From positions 67,051 to 131,050 of the forward strand of contig JBFXAY010000004.1 of NCBI GenBank assembly GCA_050183815.1: 64,000 nt of DNA, given 5' to 3'. The notes beneath the pieces are model-generated. The model was not told the DNA's origin, ran no database searches, and saw nothing but the letters and a program-made list of their open reading frames with translations. The position numbers were made by a program, and so were the translations under genes. Positions 12,701 to 21,933 of this stretch are shown here, in pieces (the first letter of the stretch is position 1; each line of letters opens with the position of its first letter). This DNA comes from Gemmatimonadales bacterium (GTDB lineage: Bacteria > Gemmatimonadota > Gemmatimonadetes > Gemmatimonadales > GWC2-71-9).

Positions 12701-13996
12701 ATGCCCGAGACCTCGCGCCGCGAGTTTCTCGCCACCTCCGGCGCCGCTGCCCTCGGCACCCGGATCGGTGCCGACGCCTGGCGGGCGTCCCGGCCGGTGC
12801 CGGTGTTCGCCGCGCCGACACCGCTCCGGGCCGCCGAGCCGCTCCGGATCGGCGTCATCGGTACCGGTGGCATGGGCACCGGCCATGTCGAGGCATTCCT
12901 GCGACTCGCCACGGCGGGCGCCGACGTGCAGGTGGCGGCACTCGCGGACGTCTGCCGGCCGCGACTCGACGCCGCGAAGGCCAAGGTCGAGGAGGCCCAG
13001 GGCACGGGCTCGGTCACGACCTACTACGCCGATTATCCCGCGCTCCTCGCCCGGAAGGACCTTCACGGCGTGGTGATCGCCTCGCCGGAGCACTGGCACG
13101 CGAAGATGGCCGAGGACGCGATGGCGGCCGGAAAGGCGGTGTACGTCGAGAAGCCGATGACGCTCCGGCTCCCCGAGGCCCTGCGCCTCCTCGAGCTCAC
13201 CCGCGCCAACCCGCAGGCGCTCGTGACCGTCGGCACCCAGTTCGTGATGATCTCGAGCTACCGCAACGCCAAGGATCTGATCGCGGCCGGCGCCATCGGG
13301 AAACCGGTGTGGAGCCAGACGAGCTACTGCCGGAACTCGGCCGAGGGCGAATGGCTCTACTACGAAATCGACCCGGCGTGGGAGCCGGGCGTCAACGTGG
13401 ATTGGAAGCAGTGGTGCGGATCGCTCGGCGAGGTGCCCTGGAATCCGGAGATCTATGCCCGGTGGCGGCGCTACCGGAAGTACTCGACCGGCATCATCGG
13501 CGATCTCCTCGTCCACCGGATCACCCCGCTGGTGATGGCGCTCGACGTCGGCTGGCCGGTCCGGGTCTCCGCCTCCGGCGGCCACTACGTCGACAAAGCG
13601 ATGGAGAACCACGACCAGGTCAACATCACCATCGAGTTCGAGGGTGAGCACACCATGATCGTGGCCGGCTCGACGGCGAACGAAACGGGCCTCGAGACGA
13701 TGATCCGGGGCCACAAGGGGAATCTCTACGTCGGCGGCCGGACGGCGCTGCTTCGCCCGGAACGGCTCTACGTCGACGAAGTCGAAGAGCGCACCATCGA
13801 GGGCGAGGACCTCGGCAATGACCAGGATCAACTCCGGCTCCACTGGCTCGGGGCGATCCGGTCGAAGGCGCCGTCCGCCAGTCCGGTCGAACTCGCCGCC
13901 AAAGTCATGGTGATCGTCGATCTCGCGACCCGGTCGCTCTGGGAGGGGTCGGCGTTCGGGTTCGATCCCGCCACGATGAAGGTCCGGAAGCTCTGA
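12701..13996 (+). CDS. Tat-exported Gfo/Idh/MocA family oxidoreductase
   Basis: Twin-arginine signal SRREFLATSGAAALG. Rossmann motif LRIGVIGTGGMGTGH. VYVEKPMT motif. Confidence 0.85.
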   Translation: MPETSRREFLATSGAAALGTRIGADAWRASRPVPVFAAPTPLRAAEPLRIGVIGTGGMGTGHVEAFLRLATAGADVQVAALADVCRPRLDAAKAKVEEAQGTGSVTTYYADYPALLARKDLHGVVIASPEHWHAKMAEDAMAAGKAVYVEKPMTLRLPEALRLLELTRANPQALVTVGTQFVMISSYRNAKDLIAAGAIGKPVWSQTSYCRNSAEGEWLYYEIDPAWEPGVNVDWKQWCGSLGEVPWNPEIYARWRRYRKYSTGIIGDLLVHRITPLVMALDVGWPVRVSASGGHYVDKAMENHDQVNITIEFEGEHTMIVAGSTANETGLETMIRGHKGNLYVGGRTALLRPERLYVDEVEERTIEGEDLGNDQDQLRLHWLGAIRSKAPSASPVELAAKVMVIVDLATRSLWEGSAFGFDPATMKVRKL

Positions 13997-14028
13997 CCCC
14001 GGCGGACGTCCGGGTCGCCGTCCTGGCG

Positions 14029-14814
14029 ATGGGGACCCGGTTCGAGATCGTGCTGCCGGGCGGCGATGGGCCCCGCCTCCGGGCGGCGGCCGAGGCCGCG
14101 GTCGAGGCGATCGAGGAGTGCCATCGCCGGTTCACCCGGTTCGAAGCGTCGAGTCTCCTCAGCCACCTCCGCCGGATCGCCCCCGCCGGTGTGGCGCTCG
14201 ATCCCGAGGACGCCGAGATCTTCGCCGCGGCCGCCGCGATCCGGGAGGCGTCGGCGGGGGCGTTCGACGTGTCCCTCGGCCACGCCGCGGGTGGCTTCCG
14301 CCTCGACCGGGCGGCCGGTGTCGTGGCCCTCGCGGAGGACGCGGCGCTCGACTTCGGCGCGATCGCGAAGGGCTTTGCCGTTGACCGCGCGGTGGCCCGG
14401 CTGCAGGATGCCGGCATCCGGACTGCGCTGGTGCACGGTGGCACGAGCAGCATTCGCACGATCGGGCGCCCGCTCGACCTCGCGTCCTGGCGCGTGGCGC
14501 TCCCGAACGGGCCGGCGATCGAACTGACCGACGCGGCCCTCGCCGTATCGGCGACGAGCGCCGGCTCCCGCATGGGCGCGGTGGATCCCGCGGCGAGCGG
14601 ACCCGCGGGGGAGGGCGATCGGTGGCATGTGGCCGACCCCCGTACCGGGGCGCTCCTCCGATCCGACCGGCGCGTTGCCGTGCGCGGTCCCAACGCCGGG
14701 TGGGCCGATGGCTGGGCAACGGCGGTGCTGGTCACAGGGGCCCGGCCGGCCGCGATGGGCCGCGAGTGGGACATCTGGTTCGAGGAGGCCGGGCAATGGG
14801 CGACGATCGCTTGA
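14029..14814 (+). CDS. apbE: ApbE-family FAD:protein FMN transferase (short form, no visible signal peptide)
   Basis: ApbE hallmarks: MGTRFEIVL, AIAKGFAVDRAV, LVHGGTSSI, AVSATSAG, HVADPRTGA, ADGWATAVLV. No in-frame ATG/GTG upstream before the preceding gene's stop. Confidence 0.8.
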   Translation: MGTRFEIVLPGGDGPRLRAAAEAAVEAIEECHRRFTRFEASSLLSHLRRIAPAGVALDPEDAEIFAAAAAIREASAGAFDVSLGHAAGGFRLDRAAGVVALAEDAALDFGAIAKGFAVDRAVARLQDAGIRTALVHGGTSSIRTIGRPLDLASWRVALPNGPAIELTDAALAVSATSAGSRMGAVDPAASGPAGEGDRWHVADPRTGALLRSDRRVAVRGPNAGWADGWATAVLVTGARPAAMGREWDIWFEEAGQWATIA

Positions 14815-16034
14815 ATCATCCCGACCGGCGGGCGTTCCTGCGAACCACCGCCGGCACGCTGGCCGGGGTTGCGCTGGTTCCGGAGCTCGCGGTGACCGGC
14901 CCGCGGTCGCTCCAGCAGCCGAAGTCGGTGGCGGTCGTCGGTCTCGGGCGGCAAGGCCGGACGATCCTCTCCGAGCTCGCGAAGATCAACGGCGCCAGGG
15001 TGGTGGCGCTGGCGGAGCCGAACGCCAACCGCCTCCGGATCGGCGGAGAACGGGCGGCCGGGGCCGAGCGGTTCACGGACCACCGGGCGATGCTCGAGAA
15101 ACGGCGCGACCTCGACGCCGTCATCGTCGCGACGCCGACGCATCTTCATCGGGCCGTCGTCGAGGACGCGCTCGCGGCCGGGAAACACTGTTACTGCGAG
15201 GCGCCGCTGGCCCACACCGCCGAAGACGCCCGCGCGATCGCGGCAGCGGCGACGGCGGCGAACCGCATCTTCATGGCCGGCTTTCAGGGACGATCGAATC
15301 CGGTCTACCAGCTCGCCCGCACGTTCTACCAGACTGATGCCTTCCGGGATTTCATCGGTGGCTCGGCCGCCTGGCACCGGAAGACCTCATGGCGATTTCC
15401 GGGAGCCGATCGCGAGGCGGAGCGGGACGCCAACTGGCGCCTCGATCCGGAGCTCTCCACCGGCCTCGTCGGGGAGATCGGCGCCCAGCAGCTCGACGTG
15501 TTCCACTGGTTCCGGCGCAAACTCCCGGTGAGTGTCACCGGTTTCGGCTCGGTCCGGCTCCACCGGGACGGCCGCCGGGTTCCCGACACCGTCACCGCGC
15601 TGCTGCGCTACGACGATCAGACGACGGTGACCTTCGAAGCGTCGCTGGCCAATTCCTACGGCAACCAGCACGAGGTGCTCCGGGGGACCAACGGCGCGTT
15701 CAATCTCGCCTGGACCCATGGCTGGATGTTCAAGGAAGTCGACGCCACGACCCTCGGCTGGGAGGTCTACGCCCTCCGGCAGCAGTTCCACTCGGACGAG
15801 GGAATCATCCTGATCGCGGACGCGACGAAGCTCGCCGCCCAGGGGATGCTCAAGGCCGGCATCGGACTGCCATACTCGCCGCTCTATTATGCGTTGGGGG
15901 ATTTCCTGCGGAGTGTGACGTTCCCGAACGTGCCGGTGTCCTGCACCGCCGCCGACGGGCTCGCGGCGACCCTCGTCGGGATCGCCGCGAATCAGGCGGT
16001 GATGTCCGGCGGTACCGTGGACGTCACCGCCTGA
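14796..16034 (+). CDS. Tat-exported Gfo/Idh/MocA family oxidoreductase
   Basis: Twin-arginine signal DRRAFLRTTAGTLAGVALV. Rossmann motif VAVVGLGRQGR. CYCEAPLA (EKP-like position). Start ATG 14796 overlaps the apbE 3' end by 19 nt. Confidence 0.85.
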   Translation: MGDDRLNHPDRRAFLRTTAGTLAGVALVPELAVTGPRSLQQPKSVAVVGLGRQGRTILSELAKINGARVVALAEPNANRLRIGGERAAGAERFTDHRAMLEKRRDLDAVIVATPTHLHRAVVEDALAAGKHCYCEAPLAHTAEDARAIAAAATAANRIFMAGFQGRSNPVYQLARTFYQTDAFRDFIGGSAAWHRKTSWRFPGADREAERDANWRLDPELSTGLVGEIGAQQLDVFHWFRRKLPVSVTGFGSVRLHRDGRRVPDTVTALLRYDDQTTVTFEASLANSYGNQHEVLRGTNGAFNLAWTHGWMFKEVDATTLGWEVYALRQQFHSDEGIILIADATKLAAQGMLKAGIGLPYSPLYYALGDFLRSVTFPNVPVSCTAADGLAATLVGIAANQAVMSGGTVDVTA

Positions 16035-16045
16035 AAGCCGGACGA

Positions 16046-16531
16046 CTACCGCTTGCCGAAGTAGAGACCGCCGCCCAGCACGAGCTGCGATCCGTCACCG
16101 ATCTGGAACCGGGCCTCGGCGAACGGCTGGATGCTGCCGGACGGCCGGAACTTGATCGCGCCGATCAGATTCAGGAACACGTCGGTGCTCGAGGCGCTGA
16201 CGCCGAGGACCGAGACCGAACTCCGACCGACGCCGAGACCGGCGCCGAGCTGGGGCACGACCGAACCGGTCGGCTTGAGCGAATAGAGGCCGTTCGCCGC
16301 GATGGTCCAGTAGTCGTACCCATCCGGGAAGTAGATGTCGAACGTAGCCTGCCCTTCGATCGCCTTGTTCTCGGTCACGTTGCCGACGCCGAAGTTGAGC
16401 TTGGCCCCGAGACCGAAATCGGTGTCGGTCGCGAAGTTCGCGTTCGCTCCGAACCGGACCTGCGCCGCTGCCGGCTGTACCGCAAAAGCTGCCAGGGCCA
16501 GAGCCCCCGTCGCCACGATCAAACGCCGCAT
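16046..16531 (-). CDS. Small outer-membrane beta-barrel protein (OmpW/OmpX-size)
   Basis: Signal peptide ending AAAQ. Alternating amphipathic strands. C-terminal ...GGGLYFGKR. Confidence 0.7.
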   Translation of the reverse strand: MRRLIVATGALALAAFAVQPAAAQVRFGANANFATDTDFGLGAKLNFGVGNVTENKAIEGQATFDIYFPDGYDYWTIAANGLYSLKPTGSVVPQLGAGLGVGRSSVSVLGVSASSTDVFLNLIGAIKFRPSGSIQPFAEARFQIGDGSQLVLGGGLYFGKR

Positions 16532-16576
16532 CCCGCCTCCCGAGAAGAGTGTAGGTACCGCCTGACTGCGTGAAGA

Positions 16577-17884
16577 CTATTGGGCCCGGGTCGATTGCCA
16601 AGCCACCAACTGCCAGCGGCCGTCGCGGTTTGCGAGGACCGTGGTGAACAGCAGGTCAACCGCCAGCGCCTGCCCGCCCATCGTGACCGCGACCCGCACC
16701 TTGCCGCTGCCGACCGCCATCGGCCCGTAGAGCCGGTGGGTCATATCGACAACGGCAATATCATCATACCGGATTCGCCCCGACGCCACCGTCTCGATGA
16801 AATGCGCCTTGGACTCGATCAATGCATTGGAATGCACGTATCTCAACTCATCCCCAAGAAGATTGCGCAGAGCGGTCGTGTCCCCCGTCATTTGGGCCTT
16901 GAACCGGTCCAGTTCCGCCGCCTCGACGGCGGCCAGCACGCCCTCGGCCGGGTGGTCGAGAGCCGGTTCGATCCGGATGTTCCGGTAGCTGACGCCGGTA
17001 TGGTCGCCCTGGAGCATGAGGGGTCCCGGAGCGCCCTCGTCGCTGTCGAGAGCCCCGCCGGTGATCCCCGGAATCTCGGCCCGGTCGATGATGGTCTCGC
17101 CGTTGAGTTGGACGGTGACGCGGCGGCCGACGAAGGTGATGTCGAAGGTCTGCCATTCACCGGCCGGCCGGGCCGGGAGAGCCGTGGGTGTGACCTGGCC
17201 GTAGACGCCGCCCATGAGGCGGCTCCCCGGCGCCTTGCCGAAGTCGTCCTGCACCTGGATTTCGTGCCGGCCCCGAAGGTAGATGCCGCTGTTGCCGCCC
17301 GCGGGCACCTTCGCCTCGAGGTGGAGGCGGAAGTCGGTGAAGGTCTGCCGGGTGACCAGATCCACGCTCGGGGGTGCGGTGGTCAGTACGCCGTCCACCA
17401 GTTTCCAGCCGCTCTTGACCCCGGGGTCGCGGGGGCGCCAGGCGGCGAGTCCGCCGGCCAGGAGGTCGATGGCCGGAGCCCACTGGTGCGGGGCGCGGCG
17501 GGCCAGGACCGGCGCCCGGGTACCTGTGAACGAGAAGCGATCCCCCCGCGATCCCACCAATTCGCCCCGAAGGCCCGACCCGGCGACCGATCCCTCGATC
17601 CGGCTCGGGCGAGCCGCCGGGTTGCCTTCGACGGGCCAGAGAAACTCGAAGCGGTCTCCCTCGAGTCGGATCCCGGCCAGGGGGGTCGCGTGACCGAACT
17701 CGCCTTGAAACCGGCCGGCGAGGGTGTCACCGGAACGGACGACCTCGAACCAGGAAGGAAAGGAACCCTTGGGTCCAGACATCGTCAGGTCCCAGCGGCC
17801 CAGGATGGCGGGGCCCTGGGCCCGGGTCGGGAGCGCGGCCAGGCCCAGCAAGCCGACCGCCGACAGGAAGGAACGCAACGTCAT
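16577..17884 (-). CDS. Secreted DUF1080 (3-keto-disaccharide hydrolase-like) protein fused to a C-terminal SnoaL/DUF4440-like domain
   Basis: Signal peptide. DUF1080 motifs WKLVDGVL, FRLHLEAKV..GGNSGIYLRGRHEIQVQDD, WQTFDITFVG, PLMLQGDHTGVSYRNIRIEP. NTF2-like tail ...RDGRWQLVAWQSTR. Confidence 0.8.
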   Translation of the reverse strand: MTLRSFLSAVGLLGLAALPTRAQGPAILGRWDLTMSGPKGSFPSWFEVVRSGDTLAGRFQGEFGHATPLAGIRLEGDRFEFLWPVEGNPAARPSRIEGSVAGSGLRGELVGSRGDRFSFTGTRAPVLARRAPHQWAPAIDLLAGGLAAWRPRDPGVKSGWKLVDGVLTTAPPSVDLVTRQTFTDFRLHLEAKVPAGGNSGIYLRGRHEIQVQDDFGKAPGSRLMGGVYGQVTPTALPARPAGEWQTFDITFVGRRVTVQLNGETIIDRAEIPGITGGALDSDEGAPGPLMLQGDHTGVSYRNIRIEPALDHPAEGVLAAVEAAELDRFKAQMTGDTTALRNLLGDELRYVHSNALIESKAHFIETVASGRIRYDDIAVVDMTHRLYGPMAVGSGKVRVAVTMGGQALAVDLLFTTVLANRDGRWQLVAWQSTRAQ

Positions 17885-17999
17885 GACTCAATATGCGCAG
17901 CGACCCGCGGCCACGCATCATCGGGCCGGCAGCGGCCAGTGGCGTGCGCCGAGGCGCCGGACCGGGGGAGACCACCCGGCCCGGCAGCGGAGATCAGAC

Positions 18000-18806
18000 T
18001 CAATAGGAAACCGTGATGCCGGCTGTGAGGAACCGGTCGGTCTTCTTGAGTCGGTCGGCGTTCGGGTTGGGCGGCGGCAGCAGGCCGGGCAGGTTGTCGA
18101 ACTGGATCACATAGCCGAGCTTGAGGCCGATGTTGCTCGAGATCGGGGCCACGAAGGCGCTTTCGCTGTTGAGGCGGAAGTCTTCGCTCTGGTCGAAGTT
18201 CGGTATCAGCTCGAGGGCCTGGCTGAAGAATGCCGCCTTGGTGAATGTGTGCTTGTATGCGGCAGCCGCACGGCCGGCTTTGTAGTTGTCGTCGAGGTTG
18301 CCGGTGGCATCCGCCTGGAGATTCCGCTGCTGAAAGACCGAGAGACCGGCTTCGATCGACAGCTCGTCCTGCGGCAGGGCGAGCACCTTGTAGGCCAGGC
18401 CGATCGTCTCCTCGAACCGCCGCGACACCCCGGCCGGCACGTTGCGATCCCACCCCGTGAGGCCGAACAGATACAGGCCGTCGACCAGGGAGAGGTCGAG
18501 CCGGAGCTGGGCTTTGTAGTTCTCGGCGTTCTTGACGCCGTCCGCCTCGCTGCGCACGGCGCCGAAGAGCTGGGTGAAGATCACCTTCTTGTCGGGCGTG
18601 TTGACGACGAGCTTGTCGCCAAGGTTGAAGGTGGTCACGCTGGTGTTGCCCGCCGCGCTTACGAAGCCGAAGTCGGCGGTGAAGGACCGGGTCTTCGGCG
18701 GCGGGTCCTGGGCGACCGCCAGCGCCGGGATCGCCAGCAGCAGGCCGAGGAACACCGGGGTGCGACGACTGAACATGCTCGCTCCAGAGCTGAAGTTTGG
18801 GGCCAC
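18000..18806 (-). CDS. DUF481-like outer-membrane beta-barrel protein
   Basis: Signal peptide FLGLLLAIPALAVAQ. Repeated beta-hairpin pattern; IGLKLGYVIQFDN...AGITVSY C-terminus typical of the YdiY/DUF481 family. Confidence 0.7.
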   Translation of the reverse strand: MAPNFSSGASMFSRRTPVFLGLLLAIPALAVAQDPPPKTRSFTADFGFVSAAGNTSVTTFNLGDKLVVNTPDKKVIFTQLFGAVRSEADGVKNAENYKAQLRLDLSLVDGLYLFGLTGWDRNVPAGVSRRFEETIGLAYKVLALPQDELSIEAGLSVFQQRNLQADATGNLDDNYKAGRAAAAYKHTFTKAAFFSQALELIPNFDQSEDFRLNSESAFVAPISSNIGLKLGYVIQFDNLPGLLPPPNPNADRLKKTDRFLTAGITVSY

Positions 18807-18937
18807 GCTTTCGCGCGCTCCAAGATAAGCCTCGGCGAAGGCGCGGCAACGGAGGCCGCCGCCGAATTCGGCGCAAGGAACGGATATCGGTCACCGGCCG
18901 TTGGTCCTATCCTGGACAGCGTCCAAACCAATCGCCT

Positions 18938-20020
18938 ATGATCACGACCATGAGTCCGAGCGCCCGTCCCGCCATTGATCCTGAGACCGCCTGGGCCGCG
19001 GTGGGGGAACGGGATTCGAGTCACGACGGCCGGTTCGTTTTCGCCGTCCGGACGACCGGGGTGTACTGCCGGCCGTCCTGCCCGGCACGGCGGCCCAACC
19101 GCGCCAATGTCGAGTTCTTCCGTGACGGGGGCGGCGCCCGCGCTGCCGGCTACCGGGCCTGCCGCCGATGCCGGCCCGACGAACCGGTGCGCGACCCGCT
19201 GGCGGCCGCCCGGGCGGCCCTCGAGGCAGCCGGCCCGGACCGGGTGACGCTCACGGACCTCGCCCGACGAGTGGGTCTCAGCCCGAGCCACCTCCAGCGG
19301 CGGTTCACGGCGCGGTTCGGTCTGTCGCCGAGGCAATTCCAGAGCGCCGTGCGCTCCCGGCGGCTCCGGCGGTCCCTCCAGGAAGGGAACTCGGTGTCGC
19401 GGGCCGGGTACGACGCCGGCTTCGGTTCGAGCCGAGGCGTGTACGAGCAGGCCGACGGCCACCTCGGCATGACGCCGGCCCGATTTGCCAGCGGCGGCGC
19501 AGGCCTCACGATTCGCTATGCGATCACCGACTGGGCGTTCGGCCGGGTGCTCGTGGCCGCCACCGACCGCGGTGTTTGCGCGGTGCTGTTCGGCACCTCG
19601 GACCCGGACCTGGTTCACTCCCTCGAGGCGGAATTCCCCGAAGCGGCCCTGACCAGCGCCGGCGCGGGCGGGAAGGAACTGAGCCGGCTCGTGGCGTCGG
19701 TCGCCCGGCGGCTCCGGGGCGGCCCGGCCGAGGACATTCCGCTCGACCTGCTCGGGACGGCCTTTCAGGAACAGGTCTGGCGCGCCCTGCGCGAGATCCC
19801 GGCCGGCGCCACGGAATCCTACCGGGAGGTGGCCCGGCGCATCGGCCGGCCCGGCGCGGTGCGCGCGGTGGCCACGGCGATCGCGCGGAACCGGCTCGCG
19901 GTGTTGATCCCCTGCCATCGGGTGGTTCGGGCGGACGGCAGCCCGGGGGACTATCGCTGGGGCGCCCCGCTCAAGCGGCGGCTGATCGACGCCGAACGGA
20001 CCGGGCGCGCCCGCGGGTGA
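18938..20020 (+). CDS. ada: Bifunctional Ada: methylphosphotriester-DNA methyltransferase / AraC-type activator / O6-methylguanine-DNA methyltransferase
   Basis: N-Ada Zn cluster FVFAVRTTGVYCRPSCPARRP. AraC HTH (LTDLARRVGLSPSHLQRRF). C-terminal MGMT active site IPCHRVV. Confidence 0.9.
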   Translation: MITTMSPSARPAIDPETAWAAVGERDSSHDGRFVFAVRTTGVYCRPSCPARRPNRANVEFFRDGGGARAAGYRACRRCRPDEPVRDPLAAARAALEAAGPDRVTLTDLARRVGLSPSHLQRRFTARFGLSPRQFQSAVRSRRLRRSLQEGNSVSRAGYDAGFGSSRGVYEQADGHLGMTPARFASGGAGLTIRYAITDWAFGRVLVAATDRGVCAVLFGTSDPDLVHSLEAEFPEAALTSAGAGGKELSRLVASVARRLRGGPAEDIPLDLLGTAFQEQVWRALREIPAGATESYREVARRIGRPGAVRAVATAIARNRLAVLIPCHRVVRADGSPGDYRWGAPLKRRLIDAERTGRARG

Positions 20021-20880
20021 AGCTCGAGCTTCCCACCGATTTCGTCTGGAGTTCGCCCGCGCGGTTTCTCGCCGCCCGGGCGGTGGCCGGCCTCGAGCGG
20101 GTCGATGCGACGGGCCGGTACTCGCGCCTTCACCGGCTCGAAGACCGGCTCGTCTCTGTGTCCGTCGGACCGATCGATCGTGAGCCCGGCCATCTGACGA
20201 TCGCCGCGTCACCCCGCCTGTCGGTCCCGGCGCTTCGCAACCTCGTAGGGCAGCAGTTCGATCTCGCCACCGATCTCGGCCCGTTCCGGCGTCTGACCCG
20301 GCGGGATTCGATCCTGGGCCCGCTCGTCCGTCGGCACCCCGGCCTCCGGATCCCCCGGCTCCTCGACCCCTTCGAAGGCGTGGTGCGCGCGGTCATCGGA
20401 CAACTCGTCAGCGTGGCGGCGGCGCGGACGTTCCTGGGCCGTCTGGTGGACCGTTTCGGCGAGGCCGGGCCTTCCGGCTGGCGGGCGTTTCCAACGGCGG
20501 AGGCTCTCGCCCAGGCAGGCGCGGCCGGCCTGCGCGGCATTGGCCTCACCAACGCCAAGGCCCGGGCAATTCACGCGGCGGCGCGGGCGGACGTTCAGGG
20601 AGACCTCGATTGGCCGGCTCTCCGTGCAGACCTGAACGCCGCCGACCGGGTCCTGCGGGCCCTGCCCGGTATCGGCCCGTGGACCGCCGCCTATGTCCGG
20701 CTTCGGGCCCTCGGCGATCCGGACGCCTTCCTCCCGACCGACCTCGGCGTCGTGAAAGCGTTCGCCGCGGCGGGCGGCGACCCCGGCGCGATGGCCCGGT
20801 GGTCGGACCGCTGGCGCCCCTGGCGGAGCTACGTCGTCATGCACCTCTGGGAAGGGCTGTCGGGGCTTCCCGATCGGTAG
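20017..20880 (+). CDS. alkA: DNA-3-methyladenine glycosylase II (AlkA-like, HhH-GPD)
   Basis: GTG at 20017 overlaps the ada stop (GTGA). AlkA N-domain, then HhH-GPD motif LPGIGPWTAAYVRLRALGDPDAFLPTD. Confidence 0.8.
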   Translation: MKLELPTDFVWSSPARFLAARAVAGLERVDATGRYSRLHRLEDRLVSVSVGPIDREPGHLTIAASPRLSVPALRNLVGQQFDLATDLGPFRRLTRRDSILGPLVRRHPGLRIPRLLDPFEGVVRAVIGQLVSVAAARTFLGRLVDRFGEAGPSGWRAFPTAEALAQAGAAGLRGIGLTNAKARAIHAAARADVQGDLDWPALRADLNAADRVLRALPGIGPWTAAYVRLRALGDPDAFLPTDLGVVKAFAAAGGDPGAMARWSDRWRPWRSYVVMHLWEGLSGLPDR

Positions 20881-20938
20881 CCGGGCGAACGCCCGCGGCG
20901 TCTTGTCGCCGCGGAAGCGAGGCGGTATTTCTGGGCCT

Positions 20939-21931
20939 ATGGAATACGTCCACCTTGGCCAGTCGGGGCTCGTGGTGTCGCGGCTCTGTCTCGGCTGCAT
21001 GAGCTACGGCGATCCGGCGTGGCGTTCGTGGGTGCTCGACGAAGCGGCGGCCCGGCCCTTCTTCCGCCGGGCCATCGAACTCGGCATCAACTTCTTCGAC
21101 ACGGCCGACATGTATTCGCTCGGCCGGAGCGAGGAAGTGACCGGCAAGCTCCTCCGCGAATACGGCCGGCTCGACGAGCTGGTCATCGCCACCAAGGTCT
21201 ATTTCGACATGCGGGACGGGGCACCGAACATGTTCGGTCTCTCCCGGAAGCACATCGTCCAGGCCTGCGAGGCCAGTCTCCGGCGCCTCGGTGTCGAGAC
21301 CATCGATCTCTACCAGCTCCATCGGTTCGACCCGGAAACGCCGATCGACGAAACGCTGGAAGCGCTCGACCTGCTCGTCCGGCAAGGAAAGGTGCGCTAT
21401 CTCGGAGCGAGTACCACGTATTCGTGGAAGCTGATGAAGGCCCTCGCCGAGGCCGACCGGCGCGGCCTGGCCCGGTTCATTTCGATGCAGAACCACTACA
21501 ACCTGCTCTACCGGGAGGAGGAGCGGGAAATGATTCCGCTCTGCCTCGATCAGGGCATCGGCCTGATTCCGTGGTCGCCGCTGGCGCGCGGGATGTTGGC
21601 CCGGCCGACGATTCAGGCCGCCGGGACCGCCCGAGCCGGATCGGACACCCTCACACCGCAGTTGTACGATCATCCGGGTGACGGCGACATCGTGGCCGCC
21701 AACGCCCGGGTCGCGGCGGCCCGCGGCGTTTCTCCGGCCGAAACGGCACTGGCCTGGCTCCTCGGCCGGCCGGGCGTCACCGCTCCGATCATCGGTGTCA
21801 CCAAGCTGCCGCAGCTCGAGTCGGCGGTCCGGGCGGTCGGGTTCGCCCTCACGGCCGAGGAAACGGCCGCGCTCGAGGCCCCCTACACGCCGCGGCCGCT
21901 CCGCGGGTGGTACGAGGGCCGGCGGCTCTAG
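20939..21931 (+). CDS. Aldo/keto reductase
   Basis: MEYVHLGQSGLVVSRLCLGCMSYG; INFFDTADMYS; IDLYQLHRFD; RYLGAST. These are classical AKR motifs. Confidence 0.9.
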   Translation: MEYVHLGQSGLVVSRLCLGCMSYGDPAWRSWVLDEAAARPFFRRAIELGINFFDTADMYSLGRSEEVTGKLLREYGRLDELVIATKVYFDMRDGAPNMFGLSRKHIVQACEASLRRLGVETIDLYQLHRFDPETPIDETLEALDLLVRQGKVRYLGASTTYSWKLMKALAEADRRGLARFISMQNHYNLLYREEEREMIPLCLDQGIGLIPWSPLARGMLARPTIQAAGTARAGSDTLTPQLYDHPGDGDIVAANARVAAARGVSPAETALAWLLGRPGVTAPIIGVTKLPQLESAVRAVGFALTAEETAALEAPYTPRPLRGWYEGRRL

Positions 21932-21933
21932 CC

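Noticed and set aside
19168-20016. Upstream 283 codons of the 570-aa ORF that contains alkA
   Set aside because: This part overlaps ada in a different frame and has no motifs. AlkA similarity starts at the GTG at 20017.
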